A stretch of 64,000 nucleotides of DNA, from NCBI RefSeq assembly GCF_000143415.4, contig NW_003314329.1, forward strand, positions 515,421 through 579,420, in the 5' to 3' direction. Of this stretch, positions 25,401 to 39,575 are shown in pieces (positions within the stretch are counted from its first letter, which is position 1; every line of letters begins with the position of its first letter). Source of the DNA: Selaginella moellendorffii (Eukaryota > Plantae > Lycopodiophyta). Under the pieces are notes generated by a model, which searched no databases, had not been told where the DNA came from, and was given only the letters and a program-made list of their open reading frames with translations. The position numbers and the translations under genes are program-made.

Positions 25401-27390
25401 GTAATCCCATGCTCCACACCTCGTAATGGAGGCAATCCATGAGGAAGTTCAGATGGAAAAACATCAGAAAACTCATCGAGTACATCCCGTACTGCTGCTT
25501 CTCCCCCACACGTGCCTTGGTCGCCCAAGTCACGAACAAACAGCAAGTAACTCAAAAGTGCTTTTCCATTACGACAAGCCCGCTTCAAAGATGTAGCAGA
25601 GAGCATAACAACTGGTGGTTGAACGCCCTCGCCAAACCACACATCTTTAACTCCACCATACTCCAGCGAGATACGCTTAATGCTCCACTTTATCTCTGGA
25701 TCCACCTTCACCAACCATGGCATCCCAAGGATGAGATCCACACGATGGATATCCGCGAGATAAAAAGTCTCCACAAGTGTGGTTTTGCCAACCAACACTT
25801 CCAGCCCCTCGACACAAGCATCGAAATGCTGAGCAGAGGTAGCTGCACCTTCCACTGTGTATGGAAGAACTCCACGTGTGTTCAGGCGATGCTCCACAAC
25901 AAACTTTGCCGAAACAAAGTTGTCATCGCTCCCACTATCCAGTAAAATCCGCACTGGATCACCACGGAACACGCCCTCCAGCATTAAAGCTGATTCACGC
26001 ATATCCTCGAGCTCCATCTTGTTCCACACACAGTTGAGTTGACGAGCAACGATCCAAAGTCTCTTCCTCCGACCGGAATGGTCGTTCTCGTCATCCTCAC
26101 GCTGTAAAGTTTGCAACTTTTTAGTATCTGACTTACCGTGAGAAGATGATTGGCCATTCTTCTTGTCCTGCTGCTTGTTCTTCAACTGCGGACAATCAGC
26201 CTTGTAGTGCCCAAGTTCGCCGCAATGATGACAACCCTGTCTATAATTCTTCACTAAGAACTTCTGCTTCTTGGACCCCTTTGCATCTGAAGTAGTCACC
26301 ACCGACTTCAACTTGTGATGCTTGTTCCCATCCTTGTGTCCACAGCGATCATCACGACGATTCTCGACAGAAGGACTCCGCGAACGCTTGCGAGACTTAT
26401 GCTTGTCATTGTCAAGTCGACGAGCCGCATCAAAGAGCTCCTCCAAACTCTTTGTAGGCTGAGAATGACGCAAGTGTTGCCGCATGCTCTCACTATGTAG
26501 GCCATCAATGAAGTAGGACTTGTTCTGATCTGGATCCTTCGTTGGAACACGACTAATCAAGCGAGTAAGCTTCTCAATATAATCCCCGAGCGTCATTTTC
26601 CCTTGCTGGAAATGGCGAAGTTCTGTACGAGCATTCTCCACGTCGTAATGAGGGGCAAAATGTAAACGGAAAGCAGCCTCAAACTCATCCATGGTAGACA
26701 CTGGTGGTTTTTTATCCGCAACACGGGACTCCTCAAGCCAATTCCACCATCGAAGACCCGCATCACGCAAAACCATCGGAATAGCCACTAAAGCCTCTGC
26801 ATCTGGAGTTCCTCTAGCAGCCAAAAACTTCTTCACATTGGCTAGCCAAGCAAGACACTCGTCCACACCACCATCACCGGAAAAGGTTGGAATCTTGAGT
26901 CAATCTACCAAAGAAGGCTTACTTGGAGCGCTACCCCGTCCAGCCTCGAGTGCCTCAACACGCCCACGCATGGTATCCATCATGCCATGCATCTCGTATT
27001 GCATCTCTTGCTGATTTTTATTAAGGGCTCGCAGCTCATGAACCACATCTTGAATGGTCCAAATCTCCGCAGCTTCGTCGGCACCATCGTCGGCACCACC
27101 ATCGACAATAGGATTCCAGCGTTCAGCTTGGTCGGCCATCGCAACCAATCCTTTGATACCAATGTTATGATCCGGCACAAAAAGACAAAGATTTCGTTGC
27201 CCTAGACTATGCTACGCCACCTCTTGAGGTTCCTCACCACCCAACCACCCCCAAGCTACGTCAAAAGCTCCACTGCACCGCCGCTCCACCGTGAGCCCTA
27301 GGGTAGGTCCCTTACCCTAACATCCCTTAATATACCCTTGAGCCTCCCTTTGACCGACGTTGACCACGTAGTCAAAGCTGGCGCCTAACA
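22485..27390 (-). mobile_element. Element D: complete small Ty3/gypsy LTR retrotransposon (4.9 kb, 228-bp LTRs)
   Basis: LTRs 22485-22712 and 27163-27390 (8 mismatches by my count). TSD AAGGA at 22480-22484 and 27391-27395. PBS ttggtatcaaag and PPT gttggggggaagaat on the minus strand. Confidence 0.95.
22787..27139 (-). pseudogene. gag-pol: gag-pol of element D (gag, CCHC knuckle, protease LLDSGS, RT FFDD, RNase H, integrase HHCC/DDE, GPY)
   Basis: One frame across ORFs 26900..27178, 25289..26866 and 22787..25258, broken only by a TGA at 26900 and a TAG at 25289 (GFI*PSKSPFGAPV). RT-RH-IN order indicates gypsy. No intact chromodomain. Confidence 0.9.
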
Positions 27391-27558
27391 AAGGATCCAT
27401 AGCAACTAAGACTAGGTGTCCCCATCTCATTCACCACGTCCTTGGTGCCCTTTGCACCAAAGTGTTCATGTTAGATATGCCTAGCTTTCACTCTAAGCAA
27501 TCTAACCATGTATCACGACTCTGAGGCATCCCTCGCTTGGCAGTGTGCCCAAACCAGT

Positions 27559-30500
27559 TGTAAGCCACAAATTTTTCCTTTCCAATTTGTCAGCTTACCT
27601 CGCCTATCCGACCAACTCTGCCTTGGCTTGTGCTAAGTTCCCTCGCCAAGGTTCTCGCCTATGGTACCAGCTCCTACTTGGTTTCAGCTACTTACTGCAC
27701 GAGCAACGGAGTGTTAGCCATCCATCTACGGATTCCCAAATCTCTCCCAATCCCCCTCCCCGGGTTAGACTAGACTTAAGGTTCGGCTACACTCCCCGCA
27801 AGCACAAGCAGCCAAGCACACCAAGCCTCCAGATTCCTAACACCCCTTGGTACCACAAGACTTGATCATGGGACCCTCTAAATCCCAAGCCTTGGGTGCA
27901 GCACTTGCTTCGGGACGTCGGGGCAAAACACCGTGGCCTAACGGCCCGGTATGGGTACCTCTATACCCCCTCTTCCATCCCGAAGGGAAGGCCCAAGCCC
28001 CCGGAAGGGCGAGGACCAATGAACCACAAGGTACTCAAGTGGGGCACCACTCCACCTGAGCCAGGAGCACCGCAGTCGGTTTCCCTTTTGGGAGTGGGAG
28101 CTGCTCTTGAGCACTTCCTTGGATGGCCCCTCCGGCACCAGCCAAGTCCATGCTCACTCCCACCCAAGGCCCCTCGGTCCCAGTCTCAACCTCAAGTCGG
28201 TTTGGAAGCCCAACTGGAGAGTCCCTTCCAAACTGGTTCCTGGACCTCACTATCTCACTATCCCTACTATACTTTTGGAACCCCCTGCAGCCCCCCCCCC
28301 CCCTGGGAGACGCACGCTTTGGGCTTTCACCCCTTGACCCGTATTAGTATTTGGACTTAGTCTCTGGCTCGATCTCGGACCCGATTTCGGATCCGACTTT
28401 GGATTCGGTCTCGGACTCGATTTCGGACTCGATCTCGGACCCGATCTCGGACCCGACCTCAGACTCGACCTCGGACTCGGTCTCGAACCCGATTTCGGAT
28501 CTCGGACTCCGTCTCGAACTCGGTCTCGAACTCGGACTCAAACTTGGTCCCCGAGTCGATCTTGGACTCGATTCCGGACTCTATCTCGAACTCGGTCCTA
28601 GAGTCGGTCTTGGACTCGATCCTCGACTTGGTCCCATCCGATGAACTCTTTGTCATTTCGGTCAAGCTTTTGGGGATCCTTTAGCCTACGACATCTTGGG
28701 GAGTCGGTTCCTTACAACTCCACCACCCATAGAAGAAGTTTGATGCCCACATCGAACGTCTCGTTTTATCCTACGACTTGTTGACCATGTCTCTGGGGGC
28801 ATCCCCCCACTTAGCGGTGTGCCTAAGTTAGCCTCCCCAGCCAAGAGCCCATGCCAACAGAATATAGGTGTCCCTATACTCCTCACCTCACCACGCCCTA
28901 GTATGGGGTCGGGACTTGTACCCAGCCTTGCTTTACTAGGGGGTTGGGACTCGAACCCAACCTTCGTAGAATACGTCTATGGATTTGACATCCCCGCAGG
29001 GAGTCGGGCATAGTGCCCTACGCCTGGTCGACCTATCCAACCCATGCTAATTAGCTTACCTTTGGCGCGCCTTCGGGTCCCAACATATGCCACTTGCTCA
29101 ACTTTGCAAATTGATATTTTTAATTGAATTTTGCATAAGTACATAGAGTTCTGCCTTGCAGAAATTCCTCCACTAGATGTCGCGCGTTCGCTAGGTTCTC
29201 CTCCGGTTCCCATGTTGCTTCGCAGTGTGGAAATCCTTTCCACTTCACATGGAACTCTCTCACCTCACGTCCTTGTCGCTTGCTCTTGTGCGCATTGAGG
29301 ATGGCCTCGACTTCGTATTCCTCTTCCCCTTGGATAACCTCAGGTAAAGGTCTCACTTGGTCCTTGCGAAGCGGATCCTCAAAGTACGGCTTGAGTAAGT
29401 TCACGTGGAACACTGGGTGCATCTTCCCCATCTCTCGAGGAAGTCGGAGTCGGTAAGCCACTTTACCGATTCGTGCCTCAATCTCGTAAGGCCCCACGAA
29501 CCTGCTTAAGGAACTCAAGATCAATTCATTTACAGGAATACATGCATCTTTACCTTTGGGTCAACTTTCGGCTGATCCCACTTGGTAGTCTGAGGTTCTT
29601 GGTGTTCAGCCACACCTTCTCCCCAGCTTGGAACTCTACATCCCGACGCTTTTGGTTCGCGTATTTGTTTTGCCTTTGTTGAGCCCGTTCCAAGGAATCC
29701 CTCACTAGATTCCAAATGCTGAGTCTTTCTGCCGTGAATGCCTCCACTGCGGGCAACTCTCCATGATACTCGGCCACGCCGAGTTCCACAGGACCTTCAA
29801 TAGCTCGCCCATTGATGACTTCCCATGGACTCACCCCGATACTCGAATGTGGTGAGTTGTTATAACACATTTCCGCAAGTCCCAAATGACTTACCCAATC
29901 GGTCTGGTCTCCCGAGACATAGCATCGCAAATAATCCTCCAGCTGCCTATTCACCCTTTCCGTTTGTCCGTCTGTCAAGGAGTGTTAGTGCCAACAACTT
30001 GACTCAATACCCCATACCTGTCTGTGGGTGATAGGCTGTGCTGAATTTCAACTTGGTGCGATACTGTTCCAGGAGAGTCCTCCAGAACCTACTGGTGAAG
30101 ATCTTATCTCGATCTGAGATGATCTCTTCCGGTCTTCCCCGCACTCGAACCACTTGTTCAAAGAACAACTTTGCCACACCTTCCGCATCCACCTCCGTTG
30201 TGGTGGGTATGAAGTGTGCCATTTTCGAAAATCAGTCCACCACCACGAATATCGCATCAAACCCCTCGCTTGGGGGGAGTCCCGTGATGAAGTCCATCAT
30301 AAGACATTTCCACGGGCGATCTGGAATTGGGATGCTTTGCAACAAGCCCCCACTAGCCTTAGTCACAGCTTTTACCTGCTGACATGTTGGGCATGTCTTT
30401 ACATAGTCTTAGACGTCCTTAGCCATATCTGGCCAATGGTACTTCCTTTTGAGTAAGCCCATCGTCTTGGGCACTCCACTGTGTCCCGCAAGAGGTCTGT

Positions 30501-33500
30501 CATGACACTCTTCTAAGGCCACCTTCCTTAGTTCCCCTTCTGGAACATACACCCTCGTTTGCTTGTAATAAATGAGTCTGTTGCGTTCCGCATAGCCCGT
30601 TTTCTCTTCCGTTGGCAGCTCACCTCTCTGGTGAGCTTCCCGTGCCTCTAGATTCCTCAGCAACACTTCCTGTGCTAGACCATCGTTCTCATATGCTGTC
30701 CGCACATCGTCCCCGAAGGTTGCTGTTGCGCTGGATATTGCCAACCTCAAGCTCGCTTTCCGACTTAGCGCATCCGCCACGATGTTGCTCTTCCCAGGCT
30801 TGTACAGAATTTCGCAATCAAACTCGGCCAAGGCATTGGCCCACCGACCTTGTTTCCCTCTTAGGTCGGGCTATGACAAGAAGTGTTTCGTTGCCACATT
30901 GTCCGTGTAAACCTTGAAGTGTCTCCCAAGGTAGTGTCGCCACTCCTTGAGCGCCTTGACCACCGCAAACAATTCCTTCTCATGGGCAGGCCACTTTCGT
31001 TGAGCTTTGTCCAGCTTCTTCGAGAAGAACGCTACCGGATGGTTGTCTTGCTTCAAAACTGTGCCCAACGCATAGTCCGAAGCATCCGTTTCTACCTCAA
31101 AGTCCTTACCAAAGTCTGGTAATGCCAATACGGGAGCCTTCCTCAACTTCCCTTTGAGGTGGACGAATGCCGCCTCGCATTCCGCTGTCCACACCATCTT
31201 CCCTTTTCCTGTTTGGTCCGTTAAGGGCAAGGCTACTCTCGAATAGTGTCTGATAAACTTTCGATAGTAGTTGCATAGCCCCAGGAATGCCCTCAACTCG
31301 TGTACATTGGCTGGTCGCTCCCATTCCTGGATCGCTTGGACCTTCTCCGGGTCCACCTTGAGCCCGTCCTGGCCCACCACATGCCCGAGAAACTTTACCT
31401 CTTGTTGAGCAAAGTCACATTTGCTCTCTTTAGCATACAGCTTGTGTTCCCTTAGTTTCTCAAACACCTTCGCCAAGTGTTCGGCATGCTCCTCTAGCGT
31501 CTCGCTATAGATCAGGATGTCGTCGATATAGACGACCACGAAGTGATCCAGATAGGGTACAAAGATGTGGTTCATTAGCGCCGAAAACGTTGCCGGCGCA
31601 TTACATAGCCCGAAGGGCATCACCAGAAACTCAAAGCTCCCATACCTCGTTCGACAGGTTGTCTTCTCGACATCTTCCTCGGCTACCCTGATCTAGTAGT
31701 ATCCTGACCTTAGGTCAATCCTCGAGAAGTATTTTGCCTTTCCCAACCTATCGAACAGGTCCTCAATCCTTGGCAAAGGGTACTTGTTCTTCTTTGTATA
31801 CTTGTTGAGCAAGCGGTAGTCTATGCACATGCGCATAGATCCATCTTTCTTTTTCACAAATAACACCGGCGCCCCATACGGCGACTTGCTCAACCTAACA
31901 TACCCTTTGTCCACCAACTCCTCTAGTTGGCACTTAAGCTCCTTGAGTTCTTTTTCGTTCAAACGATAAAGGGGACGAACCACTGCCTCAGCACCCTCGA
32001 CCAGCTCAATCTTATGTTCTATCGGTCGTGCTGGGGGTAGCCCCGCCGGTAGCTCCTCCGGCATGGTATCCTGGAATTGGTCCAACACCCGCTGGATCAC
32101 TAAAGGTACTTCTTCCATTCCTGTCTTTTTGTCACTCTTCACCAAGAGTAAGCACAAAAAGGCCGCCTTAGTTCCTTTAGTGAGTTGTCCTCTCGTGGAC
32201 ACCAGGTTTAAGCAAGAATATTTGGCCTTGCTTTGCCCTACCTTTAGATCTTGGGCTTCCACCCTAGATCTTCTTCCTTGGGCATTCGCCAGTACCACAA
32301 GGTTTCTACCTTGACCATGCAGGGCTACCACGAATCGATTGAACCAGTCCATTCCGAAGATCATGTCAAATCCCGCCATGTCCAACACGGTGAAATCCAT
32401 GTCCACCTTCCAAGTCCCCACTTCGACTCTCGCTTGTCGAAGTACCTCATCGGTGCTTTGGCTACCTTGAACAAACTCTATAGTCCTTGGTTCGCCTAGC
32501 CGCTGCACCGTTAGTCCGGCTTGCCGGACTATGTCTGCAGCCACAAAATTATCTGAAGCACCCGTGTCAATAAGGATCTTAACAAAGCTACCTCCGAGCT
32601 TCCCTCGGAGGGCTAGTAGATGTCGCAAACGACTCTCTACCAAAGTTGCTCGTGTAATGAGTAACTTTGAGTTACAGACTGGATCACATACCTCATTTTG
32701 GACTTCACCTGACTTGATGGCCATATTGGCTCTGGCCTTCTTCGGGTAGGGACATTCCCTCGAGAAGTGTCCCGCTTCACCGCAGTTGTAGCATACGTTG
32801 TTTCCCACACTGCTATATGACTTGACCTTCTTATCCGTGGGTTTGTCTCTTTTCGCTTGACTCCCCCACGTGCTCGCTCGCTGGCCACCGGATTTGCCTT
32901 TCCGGAACCCCGAGGACTCATTCTTAGAGAAACTCTTCTTGAATTTCCCTCTGCTAAACGTTCCCCTTGGTTTGGCCCCTTTGCTAAATGTGGATCCCGA
33001 CCCCGTCGTGTTCCCCTTTCACAGGTTATCGTTGAAATGCACCTTGATGGCCGCATCCAACGCTTCTTTTGTAGTTGGTCGGGTTCCACCGCATTACTTC
33101 GCCGCGAGCCCAGGTTTGCAAACCTGATATGAAGGCATGGAACGCATTCATATCCCCCATGTCCGTGACAAGTATCCTCTTTGCCATAAACCCATTCACA
33201 TATTCTTGAATGGTTCCGGTCTGCTTCAGCCTACTCAGCTCGTCCCTTAGATGCAGAGTAGCATTCGGAGGAATGTAAGTTGCGCGGATCCTCGCTTTCA
33301 TCATTTCCCAAGTGGCCACCGGTCCTTCGTTGGCCTCTGTCGTTCTCCACCAAGACTGGGCATTATCTGCCAAGTATGGTTTTGCATATGGGACCTTCTC
33401 CGAGCTTGGTAATCGCAACGCTCGGAAGTAGTCCTCCATATCGTAAAACCAATCCTCCACCACCTTATAGTCGTTCACTCCCTTGAAGACCGGTGGGGGG

Positions 33501-35100
33501 TTTGGTTTGTACTTGGGAACTGCCTGAGGAACTGATTCCACTTCGGTCTGTTCGACCTTGTCTGGTTTTGCCTTAGTCCCTGCCGAAGGGTCCGCACCTT
33601 CTGCGTTGCCAGCATCCGCAGTCTTTCGCTTTTTCTTCCGCTTCTCGTCACGCTTTAGCTTGCGTACGAGAGTCTCTAGCAGGGCATTGGTCTGTGCCAA
33701 TTGTCCTTCTAGAACATCCAATCGAGCCTTGGACGACCAAACCTCACCACCAGACTCTTGTTTGGAAGTTGCCTCACTGGAGTCCTCCTCATGCAAGGAT
33801 TCCTCATCCATCGCCTCCTGTTTGATCGGAGGCTCCAGCTCTGGAGGAGGTTCCGTCTCTGCCTGGGTTCGCTTACGTCCTGCCCTTGCCATCTCCCAGC
33901 AATCCGCCTCTATCCTTCGCTAGAACTGAGGAAGAGGCTCCGATACCAAATTGTAAGCCACAAATTTTTCCTTTCCAATTTGCCAGCTTACCTCGCCTAT
34001 CCGACCAACTCTGCCTTGGCTTGTGCTAAGTTCCCTCGCCAAGGTTCTCGCCTATGGTACCAGCTCCTACTTGGTTTCAGCTACTTACTGCACGAGCAAC
34101 GGAGTGTTAGCCATCCATCTACGGATTCCCAAATCTCTCCCAATCCCCCTCCCCGGGTTAGACTGGACTTAAGGTTCGGCTACACTCCCCGCAGGCACAA
34201 GCAGCCAAGCACACCAAGCCTCCAGATTCCTAACACCCCTTGGTACCACAGGACTTGATCATGGGACCCTCTAAATCCCAAGCCTTGGGTGCAGCACTTG
34301 CTTCGGGACGTCGGGGCGAAACACCGTGGCCTAACGGCCCGGTATGGGTACCTCTACCCCCCCTCTTCCATCCCGAAGGGAAGGCCCAAGCCCCCGGAAG
34401 GGCGAGGACCAATGAGCCACAAGGTACTCAAGTGGGGCACCACTCCACCTGAGCCGGGAGCACCGCAGTCGGTTTCCCTTTCGGGAGTGGGAGCTGCTCT
34501 TGAGCACTTCCTTGGATGGCCCCTCCGGCACCAGCCAAGTCCATGCTCACTCCCACCCAAGGCCCCTCGGTCCCAGTCTCAACCTCAAGTCGGTTTGGAA
34601 GCCCAACTGGAGAGTCCCTTCCAAACTGGTTCCTGGACCTCACTATCCCTACTATACTTTTGGAACCCCCTGCAGCCCCCCCCCCCCTGGGAGACGCACG
34701 CTTTGGGCTTTCACCTCTTGACCCGTATTAGTATTTGGACTTAGTCTCTGGCTCGATCTCGGACCCGATTTCGGATCCGACTTCGGATTCGGTCTCGGAC
34801 TCGATTTCGGACTCGATCTCGGACCCGATCTCAGACCCGACCTCAGACTCGACCTCGGACTCGGTCTCGGACCCGATTTCGGATCTCAGACTCCGTCTCG
34901 AACTCGGTCTCGAACTCGGACTCGAACTCGGTCCCCGAGTCGATCTCGGACTCGATTCCGGACTCTATCTCGAACTCGGTCCTAGAGTCGGTCTTGGACT
35001 CGATCCTCGACTTGGTCCCATCCGATGAACTCTTTGTCATTTCGGTCAAGCTTTTGGGGATCCTTTAGCCTACGACATCTCGGGGAGTCGGTTCCTTACA
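27559..35100 (-). mobile_element. Element E: complete Ty3/gypsy chromovirus (7.5 kb, ~1.15 kb LTRs)
   Basis: LTRs 27559-28716 and 33952-35100. TSD CCAGT at 27554-27558 and 35101-35105. PBS tggtatcggagc and PPT atgggtggtggagt on the minus strand. Confidence 0.95.
29120..33892 (-). pseudogene. gag-pol: gag-pol-chromodomain of element E, with two introns in the integrase (29972-30017, 29502-29553)
   Basis: Collinear with the intact F ORF. +1 frameshift near 33068, TAG at 31693 and 30871 (CAG in F), further lesions near 30410 and 30235. Chromodomain EYEVEAIL...[20 protein letters not shown]. Confidence 0.9.
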
Positions 35101-38100
35101 CCAGTCTCCTCACTGAGAGTCCATGACCACCGAAATATGAGTGTCCTCATATTCCAAACCATCACTACGCCCTAGTGATTTGGGACTCGAACCCAAGCAC
35201 TAGAGGGTTAGGACTCGAACCTAACCTTCGTATATGCAGCATCACCCTAGATGCCTGGCGTGACTCCCCACGCCGGTGCACCAACTTATACTTAAAGCGC
35301 GCTATAGATCACAGCTTAGGAACCTAGTTCCCCTGCATTGCCAAGTCCTCTCACTTGACAAGTCTGTGATCATGCATGGACTCCTCTATGCTCGGCCCCA
35401 CGGGCCACCCCTTTTTAAGTTAGCACCTTCAACTAGGGGATTTGTCGCCCTGACTTGCCAATCTCACTTAGCAAGTCATTTGACCACCGTAACATGGTTC
35501 CTGCATAAGCGTGAAAGTCCTTAACCATCGACTTTCATTCAAAGCCCTCTCTTTGAACACTCAGGAACTACTTCCTCAACCTTGATAGCCTCGCCTCATG
35601 GCCAGCTTCAAGACCACGCTTCTGCTGCGCCACTCAGAATTTGCGCGCTCTAGGAACCATTTACACTTGGCCTTTCTAGGTACTAAGCTACCTAGAATCG
35701 TCTTTGGGAACTTGAAAGAACTCTGTCCCTTAGCTTGCTAAGGCCTCTCCTTTCGCAAGCTTTCCAATTGCCATATGGTCTAGCATAGACAATTCCATGC
35801 TTTAGACTCTTCATGGCACCACGATTGCTAGTAACAATATACTCGAACACCCACTTGATTCTCCACTCCCAACTGACATAACCACCCTTGGTTATGCCCT
35901 TCGATTTCTATGGTTTGGTTCTATCCCTTTACTACTTGCTTTTGGCTTCACACCTTTCCTTCGGTCATTCTCCTCCAGACTAGGAGGATAGCTTTGCACT
36001 TTTTATCATGCCTTAGCAAGTATTCATAAGGATGAATCTACCCAATAACTTGGGGAGTGGTTCCTCAATTTGGCATGCTCACCTTATAATCCCACACACC
36101 AGGATTACCGTTGCTACTTGTGGGCCTCCATATGCCCATCACTAGCCTTGCCAAAATCCCATTTTTGGCTTTGTCCAAATCGGGTAGACGGATTCCTCCC
36201 ATCTCCACAACCTTGGACGTTTGGATGGCATCTCCTATCCATCATTTGCTAGGGACTTAGTCCTTTGAGCCTTATCTATTGCCCTCGCGATACTAAACAC
36301 CATCTCCTGGTGTTCCAGAGTGTTTGGGTGTCACAATGATGGTCTCCTTGACAATGAGCATTTCCCTTTTCGACATTGACTCACTATATCGCAACATAAG
36401 CAATTTATCCCCCGTAAGGGTATATCTAACTTCCTTATGCCATTAAGAAGTCTTGGGTAGCTACCTTCTACCCGTTTAACCAATTATTTTGCACCTTTTG
36501 CTTAGTTGCCCCATAATTGTCAAGTCCTACAACTCATTGCTTGGTGCTTCCACACCTCCATCATTATCTGGGTCACCACACTTCAACCCCATGCCTTCCA
36601 GCTTAGGCTATGCCATTCTCATTTCCATTGGGATTCCCTTTGGCAAAGGGTTCTTATGAACCCACCAACATAACCTCAAGGTATCACACCTTGGCACATT
36701 TGGTGTCTCCACACCATTGGCCCCACGAGCCTATCCTTATGACACTACCTATTAACATCTAGGTCTTTGCCAAGACCAATACGGTTGTTCCTCATGCTAA
36801 CTATCCATTAGTACCGCACCATAGTGTTTGCACCCAACTCTGGGCCAAAGTTGCTTTCTTCTGGGAACATCTTTCCCACAACTTTAGTATGGCACATTCT
36901 GCCATTCAATGAGATGCCTACTATTCTCATACTTGGATCTTATAATCCTCCCTATACCTCATGGGTGCCATACACCTCAGTCCAAATGCTTCAACTAATC
37001 CTTTAGAATTATTTCTTGACTCTTATTTGAGTCATCCAGCTTTTTGGACTTTATCATCTGACGACCCATGAGGTGCTAGCTCGCTAGAATACAACTTCTT
37101 GTATTCAGGTCCTACTCACAAGGACCATCTTTGCAAGTGTTACTCCGACACTTGATCTGTTCTCTTGGGGCAACCTTTTGCCCCTTAGGACCACTTGTCC
37201 ATGTGATGAGAATACCAACTCATCCTCTGAGTACACCCTCACTCCTTGGGTTGTTCCAACATTTATTAGAGGTAGCCCTGGCTACCATTTTGAGGACTTG
37301 TGTCCTCTTCTGTATTTAACCTCCCATGGTCATCAATTCCAGTCTCAAAGTTATGAGCACCAGCCTCAACTATATGAGGGTAATCTTGTGACTCCTTTAT
37401 TGTTTTGGAGTTTGCATCTTTCCCATGATCCCAACTATAGTTGTTTACCACAACTATGTTAGCTTGTTTGCTGCATCAAACGCTCATTTGGATCACATCC
37501 TTACTCAACGAGGAAAGCCTTACACTCTTCCCAAGATCCCAAAGTCGTTCCATCATTGGCCCTTTTCTATCCACCACCTTGCCTACAAGTTCACACGTGA
37601 ACTGTAGTGGAGAGCCATGTCTTCCCGACTTGCTACTCCTCAAGGACAAGCCCACTACTAAGACCTTCCGATGCCAACACTAGTGATGATATACTTCAGC
37701 ACCAATAAAAGTCGGACTAAGAAACAGCTCCAATACCAAATTGTAAGCGACTAAATTTTCCATTCTACTTTAATCACTTAACCACACCTCTAACCACTTG
37801 GAGGAGTCTCATTCACAACCTCCTTAAGTCCAATTCAGGACTTGGGACTTGCTAGTCCCGAGAATGGCATCTATGCCACTCAACCCTTGCACTTGGTCCA
37901 AGTGCTCCACATGTCCAGTCCCAAGACCGACACCCAAAGGTACCACTGACATAGCGGCCTATTACGCTAAAGTCATGCCCATTCACCTTTGCCACACTGG
38001 TGGTCCAATACCACTTGCATCACAATCCCATCTCTCCAAGACTGGGCCGTCTGTCCACGAGTGGTCATCCCAGATCCACTCCTTAGCATCCTTAGGGTGC

Positions 38101-38657
38101 CCACAGACATGGGGAATAGCCTTCCCCAACACCCCTTTGTCAGTTCCTGCCAAGTCCCTTTTTCGTCCATGGCCATGTTCACCAATACTGCCACTAGATC
38201 AAGGCCCGTAGGCCCGGCCACTAAGTCCCATTGTCCTCTGGGACTTCCTCACCATGTGACCGTATCCGTAGTCACTACACTGGAGGATTGCTCCTCCTCC
38301 TTTCCCCCACTTGGGACTTCAAAACAACATTTCGGAACACTGTGGCCCTACGCGAGCCCCGTGGGTACTCTCCCCACCTTCCACCTTTAGGTGCTCTAGC
38401 CATGGGCTTAGAGCGAGGTTCCGTTGAGCCACACCAGGTATCCAAGTAGGTAGTGCCACCCACACTTGAACTGGGAGCATCGGCCAGTCGATCTCCCGGG
38501 GGAACTAGAGCCGGCTCTTGAACACTTCACCAAGCTACCCCGCTTGTCGGTCCGTATTCACTCTAGTCTTGGACTTCCCAATGGTCAGTTCATCACCCAA
38601 CACTAGGTCTGGCCTTCCTGGGCCAAACTGGCCTTTCCTGGCCAAACTGGCTCCACT

Positions 38658-38681
38658 ATGCTCTATTTCGTTAAAGTGGGA
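38658..38681 (+). repeat. Terminal inverted repeat (transposase-3' end)
   Basis: 23/24 match to the TIRs at 42769-42792 and 13994-14017, but followed by a different subterminal sequence. Exact first base uncertain by 1-2 nt. Confidence 0.8.
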
Positions 38682-39317
38682 TTTATTCAGTAAAATGGGA
38701 CTAGGTACAAATTTTCAAGTATTTGAAAATGACGTGAAATTATATGTTTTTTGTCCAGGGGCTAGACATATCTGGGGCATGGTGACTAGTGCGGTGACTT
38801 TGTGTCCAGACTGAGTCCATCTGGTTGTATAATAAATCTCATTGTCAAGGTGAACAAGCCGAATCTGAAGCTAAAGAAGAGCGATGGCATGTGCGCACAC
38901 ACTATTTGTTTGTTCATTGAGTGTGTGGTGAGCTTTCCAAGATGAACGTCATTCCTATTAGCCAGACATATAACTTAATGGTGAGAACATTTAGATATTA
39001 TTCAATGTTATCTTTTTCTAACGAATCTAATTGTGAAGGTGTAGCAAGAGGCATTGCTAGTCTGGAGAAGTCATTTAACTCATTTGACCCTTAGTGTATT
39101 TTCATGAAACTAAATAACATTCATATTATTAAGGAATTTCTCTAGTACCTTTTTTTTACGACATAGAGGCTTGCATTTCTTTCAAAGGTGATTTAGTAAA
39201 AGGCCTGAGGGCACATGCCATTCTATTTCTCAGACCGGTATTAAGATATACTAGTGCAAAGGGAAAAAGGTATTTGGTGATCAAGTAAATGGCATGAGGG
39301 CACACGCCATTATAAGC

Positions 39318-39575
39318 CTAAGCGCTAGTGGACACCTCCTTTTTGGTACTCTCAGCGGTACTATCATCCTTCTCCGGGTCAGTTGTTTTGCTTTGGATTT
39401 TTGTCTCTGACGTTACTGGGGCGTTCTCGATAGTTGTTAATGTTGCCGTTTGTTCAGAAAAATGATCACCTAGAGTATAGTACGGGGAGTTTGGAAGACT
39501 TATATATTCTACATCTTCACCTATCTCCTTCTCCGTCTCCTTTTCTGCCTCACTTACAGATTTTGTGCTTGCCAT
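39318..39575 (-). CDS. Possible small acidic S/T/E/K-rich protein (85 aa, MASTKSVSEAEKE...)
   Basis: ATG-initiated ORF with coding-like composition in an AT-rich region; TATA-like tttataac ~40 nt upstream. Only one copy is visible. Confidence 0.35.
   Translation of the reverse strand: MASTKSVSEAEKETEKEIGEDVEYISLPNSPYYTLGDHFSEQTATLTTIENAPVTSETKIQSKTTDPEKDDSTAESTKKEVSTSA

Larger units (their letters stand above)
15397..38657 (-). mobile_element. Element C: fragmented A-family non-autonomous LTR element that hosts B, D, E and DNA transposon copy 2
   Basis: Reverse LTR pieces 15397-15984 and 37742-38657 share diagnostic variants (cttaagtccaattcagg). PBS at ~37727-37738. Interior pieces 35101-37741, 27391-27558 and ~22349-22484 are collinear once D and E are removed. 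Confidence 0.75.
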
